64,000 bases of DNA from Octopus bimaculoides. Its lineage: Eukaryota. Within the stretch, counting starts at the first letter, position 1; the number at the start of each line of letters is the position of its first letter. Shown in pieces: positions 13,799 to 26,446 of the stretch. The notes beneath the pieces were generated by a model. The model was not told where the DNA came from. It did not search any database and saw only the letters and a list, made by a program, of their open reading frames with translations. A program made the position numbers and the translations under genes. The DNA lies in assembly GCF_001194135.2 (NCBI RefSeq), contig NC_068988.1, forward strand, positions 95,370,908-95,434,907, written 5' to 3'.

Positions 13799-14837
13799 CG
13801 GCAAAAATAACAATAATCTTTGTACAAGGGGTAATAGTACTAGTAGTAGTAGTTGTTGTTGTTGTTGTTCTAGTTCTTGTTGTTCATGTTGTTGCTGAAG
13901 GGTATGAAAAAGTAAAAAAAAATAATCATACACTAATGCTACCTAAACCAGTGTCTAAATATTTTTTTACTTTATATTTTTATATATATTCTTTGTTGTT
14001 GTTGTTGTTGATATTGTTGTCGTTGTTGTTTTTCTTTCATTTCATTTTCTCTATACATTTTAGTTATGTTTCATACTATTGTACTTAGTATGCATACGTA
14101 TGTAAATTACACGCAAACACACATTTATAGAATATATATATATATATAGTATATATGTATATATATGTATATTTGTATATATAATATATATATGTATGTA
14201 TATATATGTATATATATAATATATATGTATGTATATGTGTGCATGTATATGTATATGTGTGCATGTATATGTATATGTGTGCATGTATATGTATATGTGT
14301 GCATGTATATGTATATGTGTNNNNNNNNNNNNNNNNNNNNNNNNNNNNNNNNNNNNNNNNNNNNNNNNNNNNNNNNNNNNNNNNNNNNNNNNNNNNNNNN
14401 NNNNNNNNNNNNNNNNNNNNNNNNNNNNNNNNNNNNNNNNNNNNNNNNNNNNNNNNNNNNNNNNNNNNNNNNNNNNNNNNNNNNNNNNNNNNNNNNNNNN
14501 NNNNNNNNNNNNNNNNNNNNNNNNNNNNNNNNNNNNNNNNNNNNNNNNNNNNNNNNNNNNNNNNNNNNNNNNNNNNNNNNNNNNNNNNNNNNNNNNNNNN
14601 NNNNNNNNNNNNNNNNNNNNNNNNNNNNNNNNNNNNNNNNNNNNNNNNNNNNNNNNNNNNNNNNNNNNNNNNNNNNNNNNNNNNNNNNNNNNNNNNNNNN
14701 NNNNNNNNNNNNNNNNNNNNNNNNNNNNNNNNNNNNNNNNNNNNNNNNNNNNNNNNNNNNNNNNNNNNNNNNNNNNNNNNNNNNNNNNNNNNNNNNNNNN
14801 NNNNNNNNNNNNNNNNNNNNNNNNNNNNNNNNNNNNN

Positions 14838-14891
<54 letters not shown>

Positions 14892-14959
14892 GCACATGCA
14901 AGCATTATATGTGCGTGTGTGTGTGTTTTATTTTTCAGTTGAATATGAGTTTCACTGAC

Positions 14960-15770
14960 CCCTCATCTTATCCCTTATCTCTTTACTGGAGGGTGTTGAT
15001 GCGTGTCCCGTTCGAACTTGGACGGTGTAGAGTTTTACTGATATGTTTTGGGAGTCGTCCCTGTGATGGTGATGGACACGGCGGAAATCGTGGTGACCAG
15101 TACCATTCGAAACCGGTAACAGACGGTGACAAGGAGCACAACTTCATCCGGCCACGTTCATTGACTTCAGTTTCCACACGCGAGGGATCAACACCATTCT
15201 CCTGACCAGCCTCTTTGAGTGCAGGATCGACAGATCCTTAAGCTTGCTTGAAATTCAGTTGTGTGCGTATCTTGAGGTGGATAGGAACTGGGGTAAAGCT
15301 ACGAATAGGGGTTTCATTTACGAAAATGGTCCGAGTGGAAGCTATCTCTGAAAGATGATGTTAAAGTGGGGAATGCATTCATTGTACCCATTGTATATCA
15401 CAACTAAGCTATCTTACTTTCCCTTCTTGTCTAAACATCGTCGAGAATCTTGCTATTTCTTCGTTTCTCGTACAATATTGAGTTTATATTGTCTGCTCAA
15501 TATAAACTCTGTGTGCACACGAAGTCCACCGTCATCGAGGTCCGCTCAAGTAGCGCAGAGTGCGATGTCACTACACTGAACGTACTTGTTCAATGCTGGA
15601 GCATTGTTGAACTGTGAATTGCTCTGGGCCTTCATTGGGCCAAGAACAGCATTTCAGTTTTATGGTATCTGGAGGTTGTCCTGAGAAAAGCTTATACGTT
15701 AGATGCGATTATATGGATTGGGAGACAACGCATTTTTCTCTGACCAAACGCTGGTTAACTTCTCAAGTTC
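14960..15770 (-). mobile_element. Degraded LINE ORF2 C-terminal region (CR1/Jockey/L2-like)
   Basis: Nearly single-frame, stop-ridden translation ELEKLTSVWSEKNALSPNP..RISFS..NKYVQCSDI..HTEFILSRQYKL..YNGY..LKDLSILHSKRLVRRMV..VWKL follows the motif order of the RT thumb and post-RT region. Confidence 0.55.
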
Positions 15771-17059
15771 CACGGAGTGATGAAGGTGAGAGCAAAGTGA
15801 GAGAGAAAGAAAGAGAGAGGGGGAGAGAAAAAATTAGAGTGATTACTATCCATTAAGTTTCTGGCTGGAGCGACAAGAATGAGTTCTGTTGATGGCCCTC
15901 AATGCACTTGTTAGCCGAGGAATAAAGCTAGGAGGGTGTTCTTAGCCTTGTTAGTCAGAATAATGCTGGATCTGTGAAATTCTTCATGAAGACTCTCAAT
16001 GCACACTATAACACCACTTTCATTTTGATTTAAATGTAATCCTCCATGTTTTTTTTTGTTTGTTTTTTTTTTTTTTGGTAATCTGCCCGTGTGATATTCT
16101 TTATTCCACCTCACTTGATTATAAAACTGTTCATACTATTATTGTTAATATGTATATACAAACCTGGAATGGTGTTAGCTGAAATATTTTGTCTCGGGGA
16201 CTTCTCAGCGAGACGTCTGTTGTACACAACACAATGCTTCTTTCAGAACGGCAATCGCAGACGTGGTATTCCGACCTGATTTGGTCTCCTCACTGACGAA
16301 TAATCAGGACATTCTCAGCAAAGCCGAAAAGTGCTGGTTTAGTTATGGAAATCGATAAACATTTACTGATTTATGCGGAAGCTAGTCAAGGTAGAATTGA
16401 GTTAATAAACACACCAGAAACTGCCTTGCATTAACTTCCCGGTGTGTATAACGTTTATTCTCTATAAATGTTGAATGGCGCTGGCTGTAACCTTTTTTCT
16501 CAAAGAGGTTTCACAAAGAATCGTTCCTGCATTTCTGATGTTTGTCTTTATACAATGCATAACCAGGGAACTGGGAGAATGATGTAAAGTGTACAGCAAC
16601 GGATTAAATGATTTGTAGTATTTCATTTCGAGCTCTAATGCCGTGTGTTCAAATCTCACCCAGGCATACTTCACCTTTCATGCTTCAGGTGAGAAAAGTA
16701 CCAGTGAAATAGCAGGGGAATCAATGTAATTGACTTTAATACAACCAGAATATACATGAATCCGAGTACCCAAGGTAAAAGAAAACATTACAATTTTTGT
16801 TAGATATTTAATCCCAGATTAATAACCAAAGGAAACCCACCAATAGCATCCATTTTTTTTTATTCCTATGTGCACGGAATATAGGATTACATGGTTTGAC
16901 GTATTCTTTTCTAAACGGTACAGTGTGATTTAAGAGATGTTTTTCCTGCTCTTTCTAGTAGCTCGAGCGCACCTTCGCTCGTATTAAGGTGATGTAAGGC
17001 AAAACTTAGAGAGCTGCAGAAAATGTTTTGGAATATTTCGTTATGATGTGTTAGTGGAT

Positions 17060-17540
17060 CTCCTAACTTTCTGATCTTAACTGATTGGAGGTGTTTTGTC
17101 TTGGTTTAAAAGATGAGCCACAACAAATATTCTGCTCAATACCAGAGATTTGCTTGTCAGTTGTTTGACCTTAACCAGTTGGGCATGTCCCTCGGTGGAT
17201 GACGATATGTGCATCTCTGATGGGGGAGCATCATAGCCATGTGTTGAGTGGAAATCTTTGAGGTTTGGATAATTTACCTCTAATAATTCATCATCCCTTT
17301 ATTCAGGGACATTTTGAGCGGGATGGGCTAGTCGAGCTGAAGAAAATTCTAACTGGGCCCCACCTGCAAGGTTATGCGCTGTTTATCTTGATATGAGATC
17401 ACCATGTTGTGCACATGTGGTTGTGATGCATGAGCCTGGTGTACCCTTATCAGACGGGGAGTCATGATGGGTATAATGGGATTCGTACAATTTTACCCCA
17501 GCGTAACTTTGATGGCATGCGCTGCTCTCACACTCAATAT
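17060..17540 (-). repeat. Unclassified dispersed repeat, possibly a LINE 5' region
   Basis: Balanced-composition block bounded by an (AAT)n/(GTT)n tract; no second full copy in the window, so the call rests on resemblance to octopus repeats from memory. Confidence 0.35.
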
Positions 17541-17837
17541 TGATATTAATAATAATAATAATCGTTATTGTTGTTGTTGTTGTCGTCGTTGTTTTTAAAG
17601 TTATTGTCATTCTTGTTTTTTCGCTCGTATTTCAAATCGCGTTGATGCAGACTTAATCTGTGATCTTATTGGGGTCGATAAAATGAAATGCTATTGAAGT
17701 ACTAGAATCGATAAAATCGATTTCACGCTCCCCAAATTAGAAATCGTCATCATTATTGGTATTATTACTAATGGAGAAATCATTATCTTCATCATCACCA
17801 TCATAATCAACATCATCATCATCCTTATTATTATTAT

Positions 17838-17875
<38 letters not shown>

Positions 17876-18184
17876 AGTGTGTCATGAATAAGAGAGTCAG
17901 TCCTGACGTGTGTCGCATTAAAGACTCTGTGGTGCTTACTCTTGTCCTACAGTTTCAATTAAAATCCCACCGAAATTCATTTGGCGCCTAGATCAATATA
18001 TAACTACCAATCATGTGCTCAGATCGATTAATTCCGTTCCACCCATCTTTCTCATAACTGTGTCTCCCTTTTTGGCAATGAATCAAGTCATTATCAAATC
18101 TGCTGCACATTCGTCAGGTCGCACCAACAAACAAGGCTTTTCGTTCCTTTTAAGCTCACACACAAAGTGCGCGCCCTAATATAA

Positions 18185-18220
<36 letters not shown>

Positions 18221-18227
18221 TGAGAGA

Positions 18228-18273
<46 letters not shown>

Positions 18274-18296
18274 AAATGCGTGTGTGTGTATGTATG

Positions 18297-18342
<46 letters not shown>

Positions 18343-18364
18343 CATACATACATAAAAAACAAAA

Positions 18365-18890
18365 CATCTCGAAAAATGAATCACTCCAGAGGACACTCAC
18401 TAAACGAATTAAGGGCATGACTGATCTCAATTACTGGGACCGCCTTAAAGCCTTGAAACTTTACTCTCTCCAGCCCCGCTGCGAACGGTACATCATTTGT
18501 ACGATGTGGAGAATATCCCGCCAGCATTGCCCAAACGATCTGAACTTCAAGGCTGGGACCACGAGTCATACATCCCCTGCCCAATTCAGTATTACAACAT
18601 ATAGGTACAATGCGACATACTTTCTTTCCCTCAACAGGCCCTGCCCTGTTTAATATTGTCCCAAAACTGATCAAAGAAGAAAAGGATCCTATCAGCTTTA
18701 AACGGAGTCTGGACAGATCTCTTCACGGAATATCAGACAAGCCACCCATACCTGGATACAACTCGCTCAACAAGAACTCACTACTTGAATGGACCATAAT
18801 ACCACAAAACTTGACTTAAAAAGGATTTAGATAATCCTATCAGGTGGTGCTATTAAGTTAGAATGGCCTGGACCAGTCTGGCTGCTACTG
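18365..18890 (+). mobile_element. 5'-truncated CR1/Jockey-like LINE 3' end
   Basis: [46 protein letters not shown] (18276 ORF), then GPALFNIVPKLIKEEKDPISFKRSLDR..PDKPPIPGY..NSL (18610 ORF); typical ORF2 C-terminus plus 3'UTR. Confidence 0.85.
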
Positions 18891-19589
18891 TTCTGTGAAA
18901 TGTGTTGTTTTTCTCTGATGAGGCGTCAATAAATACTAAAATTAATCCCATCAATATCTTTTTTCTTGCCATCGGGGAGAGAATATTGTAGTTTTCTGCA
19001 GATTAAAAATTGAAAGAATAACTATATTTACAGAGTGAAGAATGATCGGAAAAAACAAAAGGAATGGCCACGGTTGGTATACCATTATTCAATGTTGAAT
19101 GGGAGTAACCAACAACAAACTGTCAATTGTTTCCCTAACACTACAATACGTCGTGGGTTTGGTGGTTAATTTTAAAAGTTGAGTCTGTTATCGCCACTAA
19201 AATGGTTAATTTGAACAGAAACGACATTAACAAGATGTTTGTGATAGCAAGCAGAGTACATTGTTGTGATATTTTCTAGGTTAACTTTGAGACTACATAT
19301 ATCACATTTCCTGATAATATAGATATTAGGTGATAACAGAGAGAAATATATGCAAACACATATGTTTAGAGATAATTCAGGAACAGCTACATCGAAAATT
19401 CTGCTGCAGCTAATATATTTATTATTCACGCAAGCGGCAACGGGTTTTCAGGAGAATAGATAGGTTACAGCATTTTGCTTCGGCCTTTAAGTTTCAATTC
19501 TTGCTCAGTTCTTGTAGAGGTTCCTTCTGTCTTTGACATCTGCAGTGTCAATGACATAAATATAGCCGACGTTCTACTGGTGATTCATT

Positions 19590-19850
19590 TGAGAGGATCA
19601 ATCCCCAGCAAATTCGTAACTTTGCAATAATATCCTGAATCATCACAGAATAGGAAGTAAGTTGCAACCATAACGAAGGATGACTCATTGTCGGTTCTCG
19701 GAAGATATAGATTCACATCGCTTATATCATATGTCCGTAAGTAAATAGTGATATGAGGTTTAAAATGCATAGTTTTTCACTTTCTTACCGAGCCACACAC
19801 TTGCCATGAAGAGGTTTCTGTTCCCATCTGCTAGCTAATTTTTCATGTCT
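19590..19850 (-). mobile_element. Old RLE-type LINE remnant (pre-zinc-knuckle region)
   Basis: RHEKLASRWEQKPLHGKCVAR matches the WxxKxLHG motif of R4/CRE-like ORFs; downstream degenerate. Confidence 0.4.
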
Positions 19851-20059
19851 TTGCAATTAATTTTATTTTCTTTGCAGCAGCAGTTGGCGCATTTCGTTCA
19901 GCCTGTTCAAGCTGGTGGGTATCTAAGAGTTCGGTAGCGAATTGTTTGCTCTTTTAGAATAGAGTGAAGTTTTTTCGGTCTTACATGTTTTTCAACAAGT
20001 TTTACTATCCAATCGTTGGTTGTTTCAAGGTATTTCAACAGACCGATTGTGGTGGTTTT

Positions 20060-20171
20060 GTACGTAAGTTCAAGCTGGATCAAGCCTCGACCTCCCTGAG
20101 CTCTGGGAAGGTAAAGGCAATGTCGACCTCGGCAGAATTTGAACTCAGAACGTAAGGACGGACGAAATATC

Positions 20172-20175
<4 letters not shown>
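20060..20175 (-). mobile_element. Family-A SINE fragment abutting (ATT)n
   Basis: aaggcaatgtcgacctcggcagaatttgaactcagaacgtaaggacggacgaaat. Confidence 0.8.
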
Positions 20176-20245
<70 letters not shown>

Positions 20246-21254
20246 GTAGCCTTTTTCAAACCAAAATGGCTTTTCAACCCAATATTTACATGTTATTATT
20301 TATAGTATGTGTGTTGTTGGAGATCCAATTCGAAAGAAGAATTATTTCGCATTTGGCAAACCTTTTTGGGTGTATTCCTCTCAATCTCCAAGCTATATTT
20401 ACATTAGTTCAACTTCGCTCTGTCATAAAATTCACCCTCTGTGACAAATATTGCTCAAGGAACATCATAAATTGAGCTTTGCTAAGTTAAAATAAGCAAT
20501 AGAAATAAATTGTTTTCGTCAATTTCACAGTGCTCCCTCTGCTTTTAGCAACATGTTGTTCCTACCCTATTTTCAATTAGGCAGGCTGAAACTTCTCTAG
20601 AGATAAATACTCTGACAGTAGAAAGAAAACAGTTGATGACCCATCGCTACGTCGTCTTTATCTCTCTCCTTCTTTATCTCGCCATCTCTCTCTCTCTTTC
20701 TTTCTCTCTTTCTTTCTATCTGTTTGAAAGACTATTCTGCTTTATCAGAGCTGAACTTATGAGACACCCTATCAAACAGTCTACATGACGTTAGTCTTTC
20801 ATCGGTGACGTCACTGAACGGCTGTGACAAAGATACTGCACGAGCAACGCTGACCTTTGACCGTAAACTTTTGATCTCCGACAGGAAACCAACTCGCTCG
20901 AAAATATCGTGTGAATCAAGTATCTCTTTTCAGCGTTCATTCAGTGAACGACGCACCTCTTCTCATCAAAGACTATATTCCATCGATAGACATACAAAAG
21001 ACTTATTAACATCATTGTCGTTATATTCCCTTTAAATCAGTTTTAAGTAGGTTATGTTTCTATTTTGTGCATATCGATTCATACTCATTCAGGTTCCATA
21101 TTTCTCACAAGAACACACAAGGTGATGGAGTCGCAGAACCGTTAGAGCATCTGACAAAATGTCAAGGGTATTTAGTTGCAGACCTATATGTTCTGCGATC
21201 AAATCCGGCCAAGGAAAACTTTTACATACATGCATATATGTATACATATATATA

Positions 21255-21337
<83 letters not shown>

Positions 21338-21356
21338 GTGTGTGGTTTATAATATT

Positions 21357-21518
21357 CAACGGGCTTCTTTCAGTTTTCGTCTATAAAATCCACTCCCAAT
21401 GCTTTGGTCGGCCCATGGCTATAGTAGAAATCACTTGCACAAGATGCTGTACAGAGGAACTGAACCTGAAACCATGAGGTTGGGAAGCAAACTTCATACC
21501 ATACAGCCACGCTTGTGT
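21357..21518 (-). mobile_element. Family-C SINE 5' half ending in (TG)n(TA)n
   Basis: Matches head of copies at 4300-4452 and 48206. Confidence 0.8.
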
Positions 21519-21782
21519 TATGACATTCAAATATCAGTAATATTCCAACGATTCCACCAAAAACAAACCCAACCGTAAGGTTGGGTTTGTTGCTGCGAAA
21601 CTAGTTTCGTGATTTGGGTTTACCAGTGTGACGTTTCTATGGCATTTCAATTTTCCATAATAAATCAATAACTGAACGAAATGAAATATCAAGCGGTATC
21701 GATCTTCTTAGAGAAGAAATCTGCTCTATTAACACATCTTGTCTCTTAAAAGTTAGCATTATTCTTACGTGTATCAATGTGT

Positions 21783-21828
<46 letters not shown>

Positions 21829-22993
21829 GTGTGTTATTATGTATAAAATGTACACACACACTCATATATATGTTTGTATGTTGCATAAACATAAATATGT
21901 GGCAAAACGTGTGTGTGTGTGTGTGTGCATATATACATATATATTATATTTAATTACTATTTGATTATATTTAATTACTGTCCGCCGTCATAATTTATAT
22001 TTTCAATCAATATTTTTTATGTTAATTCTACATTTATTGCATTGCTGTTTATTAAGTGCCAAGATATATATATTTATGTCTTGTCACTGACTTTTAAAAC
22101 TTATATATTTCTAAGCTACTCCATTTAAAATCCATTGTTTTTAACGTTCTCCTTCACTCCATCTCCAACAGAAACCAGTTTTCACCGATTCCGACTTGTT
22201 CACTTTTCTCTCTGTCCATTGATTTGCTTTGGCTATTTGACTCTCCCGCTTTCTCTTTCTCTCTCTCTCTCTCTCCCGAAGTCGAAAAGATATATAGAAT
22301 AATTTCAGCCCTTTACCCTGACTAAAGAATGGAAGGCGCCAGTATAAGGATTGATTGCAAGAAGCACGGTCAGTTGCGGTGTGAAAATTAAAAAAGAAAA
22401 AAAAAGGAAAGAAAACGAAAGTTGAACTGAACAAATAACATCTTTATTGTCAAGTTGAAGAAAAGTAATATATCACGGTTGTATGTGAGAAGGATTGAAG
22501 GGCAAATATTTTTGTTTGATGACTATATTGGCAATTGGCCCGGCTAAAATAAACAAGGGGCTCGATTTGTCGAATAACTAGTCCTGAATTCATTAGACAA
22601 TCTCCACGAAGACTAGTAAAAGTTGACCTAACTTTGCTAAGGGTTACTTGTTCTTCGTCCATTTATCATTTCTTCAATCAGGCTTTCTTCGTCTGAAAGA
22701 AGTCATTTTCGATTCTCATCTAACTCTCTTCGTTTACTTAGGTCTTTTTCACAGCCGATAGAGAAAAGTTGCACAACAGTCGTTTGTGGAAAAACCACTG
22801 CTTCTCCCAAAACAAGCTACATAAAATTTTGCATGTAAACAATTGCAAAGTTTATTGTATAAGATTAAAAGATCGGTTACCAACATCAAACTACTACCAC
22901 CACCACCACTACTACTACTGCGTATTTTTAGTAATAATGAGGTTTAAGGGGAGGGGCTACAGTGCGTTACAATATATTAAGACGTTAAGCATT

Positions 22994-23067
<74 letters not shown>

Positions 23068-23443
23068 GTGGCACTCCGTCGGTTGCGACGACGAGAGTTC
23101 CAGTTGATCCAATCAACGGAACATCCTGCTCGTGAAATTAACGTGCAAGTGGCTGAGCACTCCACAGACACGTGTACCCTTAACGTAGTTCTCGGGGAGA
23201 TTCAGCAAGACACAGTGTGACAAGGTTTACCCTTTGAAATACAGGTACAACAGAAACAGGAAGAAAGAGTGAGAGAAAGTTGTGGTGAAAGAGTACAGCA
23301 GGGTTCACCACCAGCCTCTGCAAGAGCCTCGTGGGGCTTTTAGGTGTTTTCGCTCGATAAACACTCACAACGCCTGGTCTGGGAATCGAAACCGCTATCC
23401 TACGACCGCGTGTCCGCTGCCCTCACCACTGGACCATTGCTCC
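23068..23443 (-). mobile_element. Family-B tRNA-headed SINE (~375 bp)
   Basis: Head AGCAATGGTCCAGTGGTGAGGGCAGCGG..GGTTTCGATTCCCAGACC with A/B boxes; tail ..ACCGACGGAGTGCCAC plus (CA)n; close match to 27532-27896. Confidence 0.9.
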
Positions 23444-23859
23444 TTCACATGTATGTGTGTGTGTGTGTGTGTGTGTGTATGTAAGAGGAAGGGAGACAGA
23501 CACAGAAAGAGTGTGTGTTTCGCGACTTGTCTCACGCCATTTCGCCTGAAGCTCACAATGACGTGAAACTCGAGTCACAAGATAAAAACTTGGCTCCAAC
23601 TTCCTCCACAACATGTACTGAGTACCCTTTTACTGAGCCATTCAGCATCAAGCAACGTACGAATAATATACATACATACATGTGTGTGTGTGTGTGTGTG
23701 CGTGAGCACGCGCGCGAATATAAATAGACGCACATACATGAGAGTGGTTGAGATGATTGCTTTACGAGATCTTTAGAACGAGAACATTTTGCGTACGTGT
23801 GAATAGCTTCGAATCGCCCCCCTCCCCATCTTGCCAGTGAAATAGAGTTGGCAGAACCT

Positions 23860-24050
23860 GCAGAAGCCTGCCAGGCGGATGGTACCCAGAATTAAAAAGG
23901 TACAGTCTTGTCTCAGACTGTGTCACGCTGATTCAGCCTGAGAATTACGTTAAAAGTACAATATGTCTTTGGAATACTCAGTCACTTACGCGTTAATTCA
24001 GGAGCAGGTAATTCAATTAAGGTCAAACAACTGAAAGCTCTCGGTGGCAT
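23860..24050 (+). mobile_element. Degenerate SINE sharing the family-B 3' module
   Basis: ctgtgtcacgctga..gagaattacgttaa..ctcagtcacttacgcgttaatt..gagcagg. Confidence 0.6.
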
Positions 24051-24956
24051 GTATGCATACTTACATGCACAGGTACGTATACATATATACCTGCCTGCAT
24101 ACACATTTACATATAGGCAGACAGACAGATCTTCTAAGTCTGTAATTCTTGTTTTAATGATAAGGTGTCATGCCTTTAAATGTCTTCTTTCAGTTTTCGA
24201 TTTATCGATTACGTTTAAGAGGATTGATACGTCTCGATCGCAATATTTTCTTCATATTCCTCGAGAAAATCTTTTCTTTTATTTTATTTTTTTTTTTCAA
24301 GAAAATGGTTATGCAAAGAATACAACGAATGCAAAAGCCACACAGACAGTAAACTCTATCTTCCATATTTAATTCAGCGGCCGAACCGAAAATAGTAGAT
24401 TGGATTCCGGGAGTCATGAAATGTCAGGAAGTGTCGAATATTGAAGACATGTGACTGTATTATACGCTTAATACGAAGATATGTCTATATACTGTCTACA
24501 CAATATTTATAATGTTTTAAATAAATAACCAGGCAACTGTATACATATATAGATACACACACACGCCCACATATATATATATACACACGCATATATATCA
24601 TCATCACCACCATTATGTGTATGATAATGATAGTCATGATGATCATGATGATGGCGTCGGTGTTTGGACATGCTCCTAGGTAAGAATGCTTTTTGCGTTT
24701 ATGCAAGAATACAAATTCCAAGTTTGGGAACTCTCGTACCGAGCAGACGAACGTAAATAAGAAAGTTGAATGTTATTCGTTTTGTAGAAGTATTTGTATA
24801 TCTTTTATAGTCATCTGCATTTTGTGGTGCAACGTTTTGTTATTTCCGTTATTGTAGTAATAATAAAAATAAACGCGCTTGGAGATTAATACATAGATAA
24901 CTGACGAGATAGAACTACAGTGCTAGATAGATAGATTCATACATACATACATATAT

Positions 24957-25713
24957 ACATAGTAGCTAGGACACTATAATGAAATCCGTCGGAAGAATAA
25001 TCCCGAGGACAAAGAAATAAGAACCCACAATATGGTAGAAGCCATAGCCACTCATAATAAAAACAAGTACTGGTGGAATGTCCCAGTGAAGACCTCAATA
25101 AAATGTAAGCACGACACACCGGATATAATGATTTGGGATAGAGAAGAGAAACTGTGCACAGTTGTGGAAATTAGGTGCCCAGTGGATGTTAACGTAAAGC
25201 TGAAGATCAGTATAAAANNNNNNNNNNGGATGTTAACGTAAAGCTGAAGATCAGTATAAAAGAGAACACCTATGCTGAACTATTGAGAAATCTGCAGTTA
25301 CTCTATCCAAATTACAAGTTCAGGTTTTATACCTGTAATTATTGTGGCCCTGATGTAAGTAACACACTGCCTAAATACCAATCTTGAGAAATTAGATTTC
25401 TCAAAACCAGAAAGGAGAAAGCTAATTTGAAGACTACAGATCCAATCCCTCACTGCAACTGTAAAAATCTGTAAAACTTTCCAGAAGTTTATCATTTAAA
25501 TATATAAGAGCATGTCTAGACATGTAGCTATATGCATGGGAATACATACATAAAACATACAAATCTGAACATACATACAGACAGACAGACAAAAATACTC
25601 TGTTGTTGATGTTGAAATTCCAATGAAGGAACCTTGGATCTAGATTAGAAACCGGTTCTTTCTCTATTGGCAAGAAATCTTGAAATAACCTGAATAATTA
25701 CACACATACATAC
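24957..25713 (+). mobile_element. 5'-truncated RLE-domain LINE (R4/Dong-like) with 3'UTR, embedded in CATA repeats
   Basis: VARTL..YWWNVPVKTSIKCKHDTPDIMIWDREEKLCTVVEIRCP..KENTYAELLRNLQLLYPNYKFRFIPVII..KICKTFQKFII*; PD..(D/E)xK endonuclease; (CATA)n at both ends. Confidence 0.85.
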
Positions 25714-26289
25714 TCACATAGAAATTTCATTCAGAAACAGTTGTGTTCTCGTAGCTGTAGACAGCTCAGAGGCAAAACAATGCAGCCTTAGCTGCGTGGT
25801 AAGGAAATTCGCTTTGCAATTTCATGGTGCTGGGTTCGATACTACATGCATCTTCTTTCTCCTATCATAAGCTCAGCTTAATCAATATTCTGTGAGGAAA
25901 TTTTGGCAAACGGAATCTCTATGAAAAAACAACTAAGATATAAAAAGAATCAAATTGGCACAAATATGTCAACCATTTGTTTTTGAGTCAAAGCATTTCG
26001 TACTGAAATACTGCTTACAAATACGCGCCAGTTCTGTCGTTCCAAAGTTCCATCAACCATAATCTCCACATGAAACATTAAAATAATTACCACAATTTTA
26101 TGGCTCCCTAGCGTAATGTTAGTATTGCGTGTATTTGCACAAGTCTAAGTGGAGAATTTTCTTAAACACTAACGGATGATTAAACATGAATTTACAAGAA
26201 TATATTTTATTCAACGATGCCATGCACGATATTATTTATTTAGTTCTAGCTTGACCAAACGTTGTTTGCAGCTTTTTTGTGGGATTAGT

Positions 26290-26445
26290 ATATTCCCGGG
26301 TCCTCCTGGGTGACCGGTCGTGTAGAGCTCCAATTAGTCCCCATCTCCGCGAGATACTTCCTCATCTTCCGTAACCATGTAACATGTGGTCGACCAACTC
26401 GAGCCGTCAATCCAACAGGATCCACAGTAAAGAGAACTCGGTGTT
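26290..26445 (-). mobile_element. RTE-like LINE 3' fragment
   Basis: DPVGLTARVGRPHVTWLRKMRKYLAEMG matches the RTE C-terminal GRPxxTW motif. Confidence 0.6.
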
Positions 26446-26446
26446 T

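Noticed and set aside
17440-17540. HDV-like fold at the end of the 17-kb repeat
   Set aside because: Only ~16 nt lie between the putative P1 strands, too short for P2 plus P3/L3
18905-18935. CTGATGAG as a hammerhead core (also 46497, and CTGAAGA near 58290)
   Set aside because: No stem II followed by GAAA
19585-19770. Ig-like motif DDSGYYCKVTNLLG
   Set aside because: One residue short of DxGxYxC, no first Cys or Trp, and it lies directly downstream of an RLE-LINE WxxKxLHG motif
19878-19914. 37-nt micro-exon candidate (strong acceptor, GTGGGT donor); similar lone acceptor near 28800
   Set aside because: Splice-like words alone are common; no partner exons or homology
25184-25261. 34-bp tandem duplication inside the RLE ORF
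   Set aside because: Identical copies flank a 10-N gap, consistent with uncollapsed contig overlap
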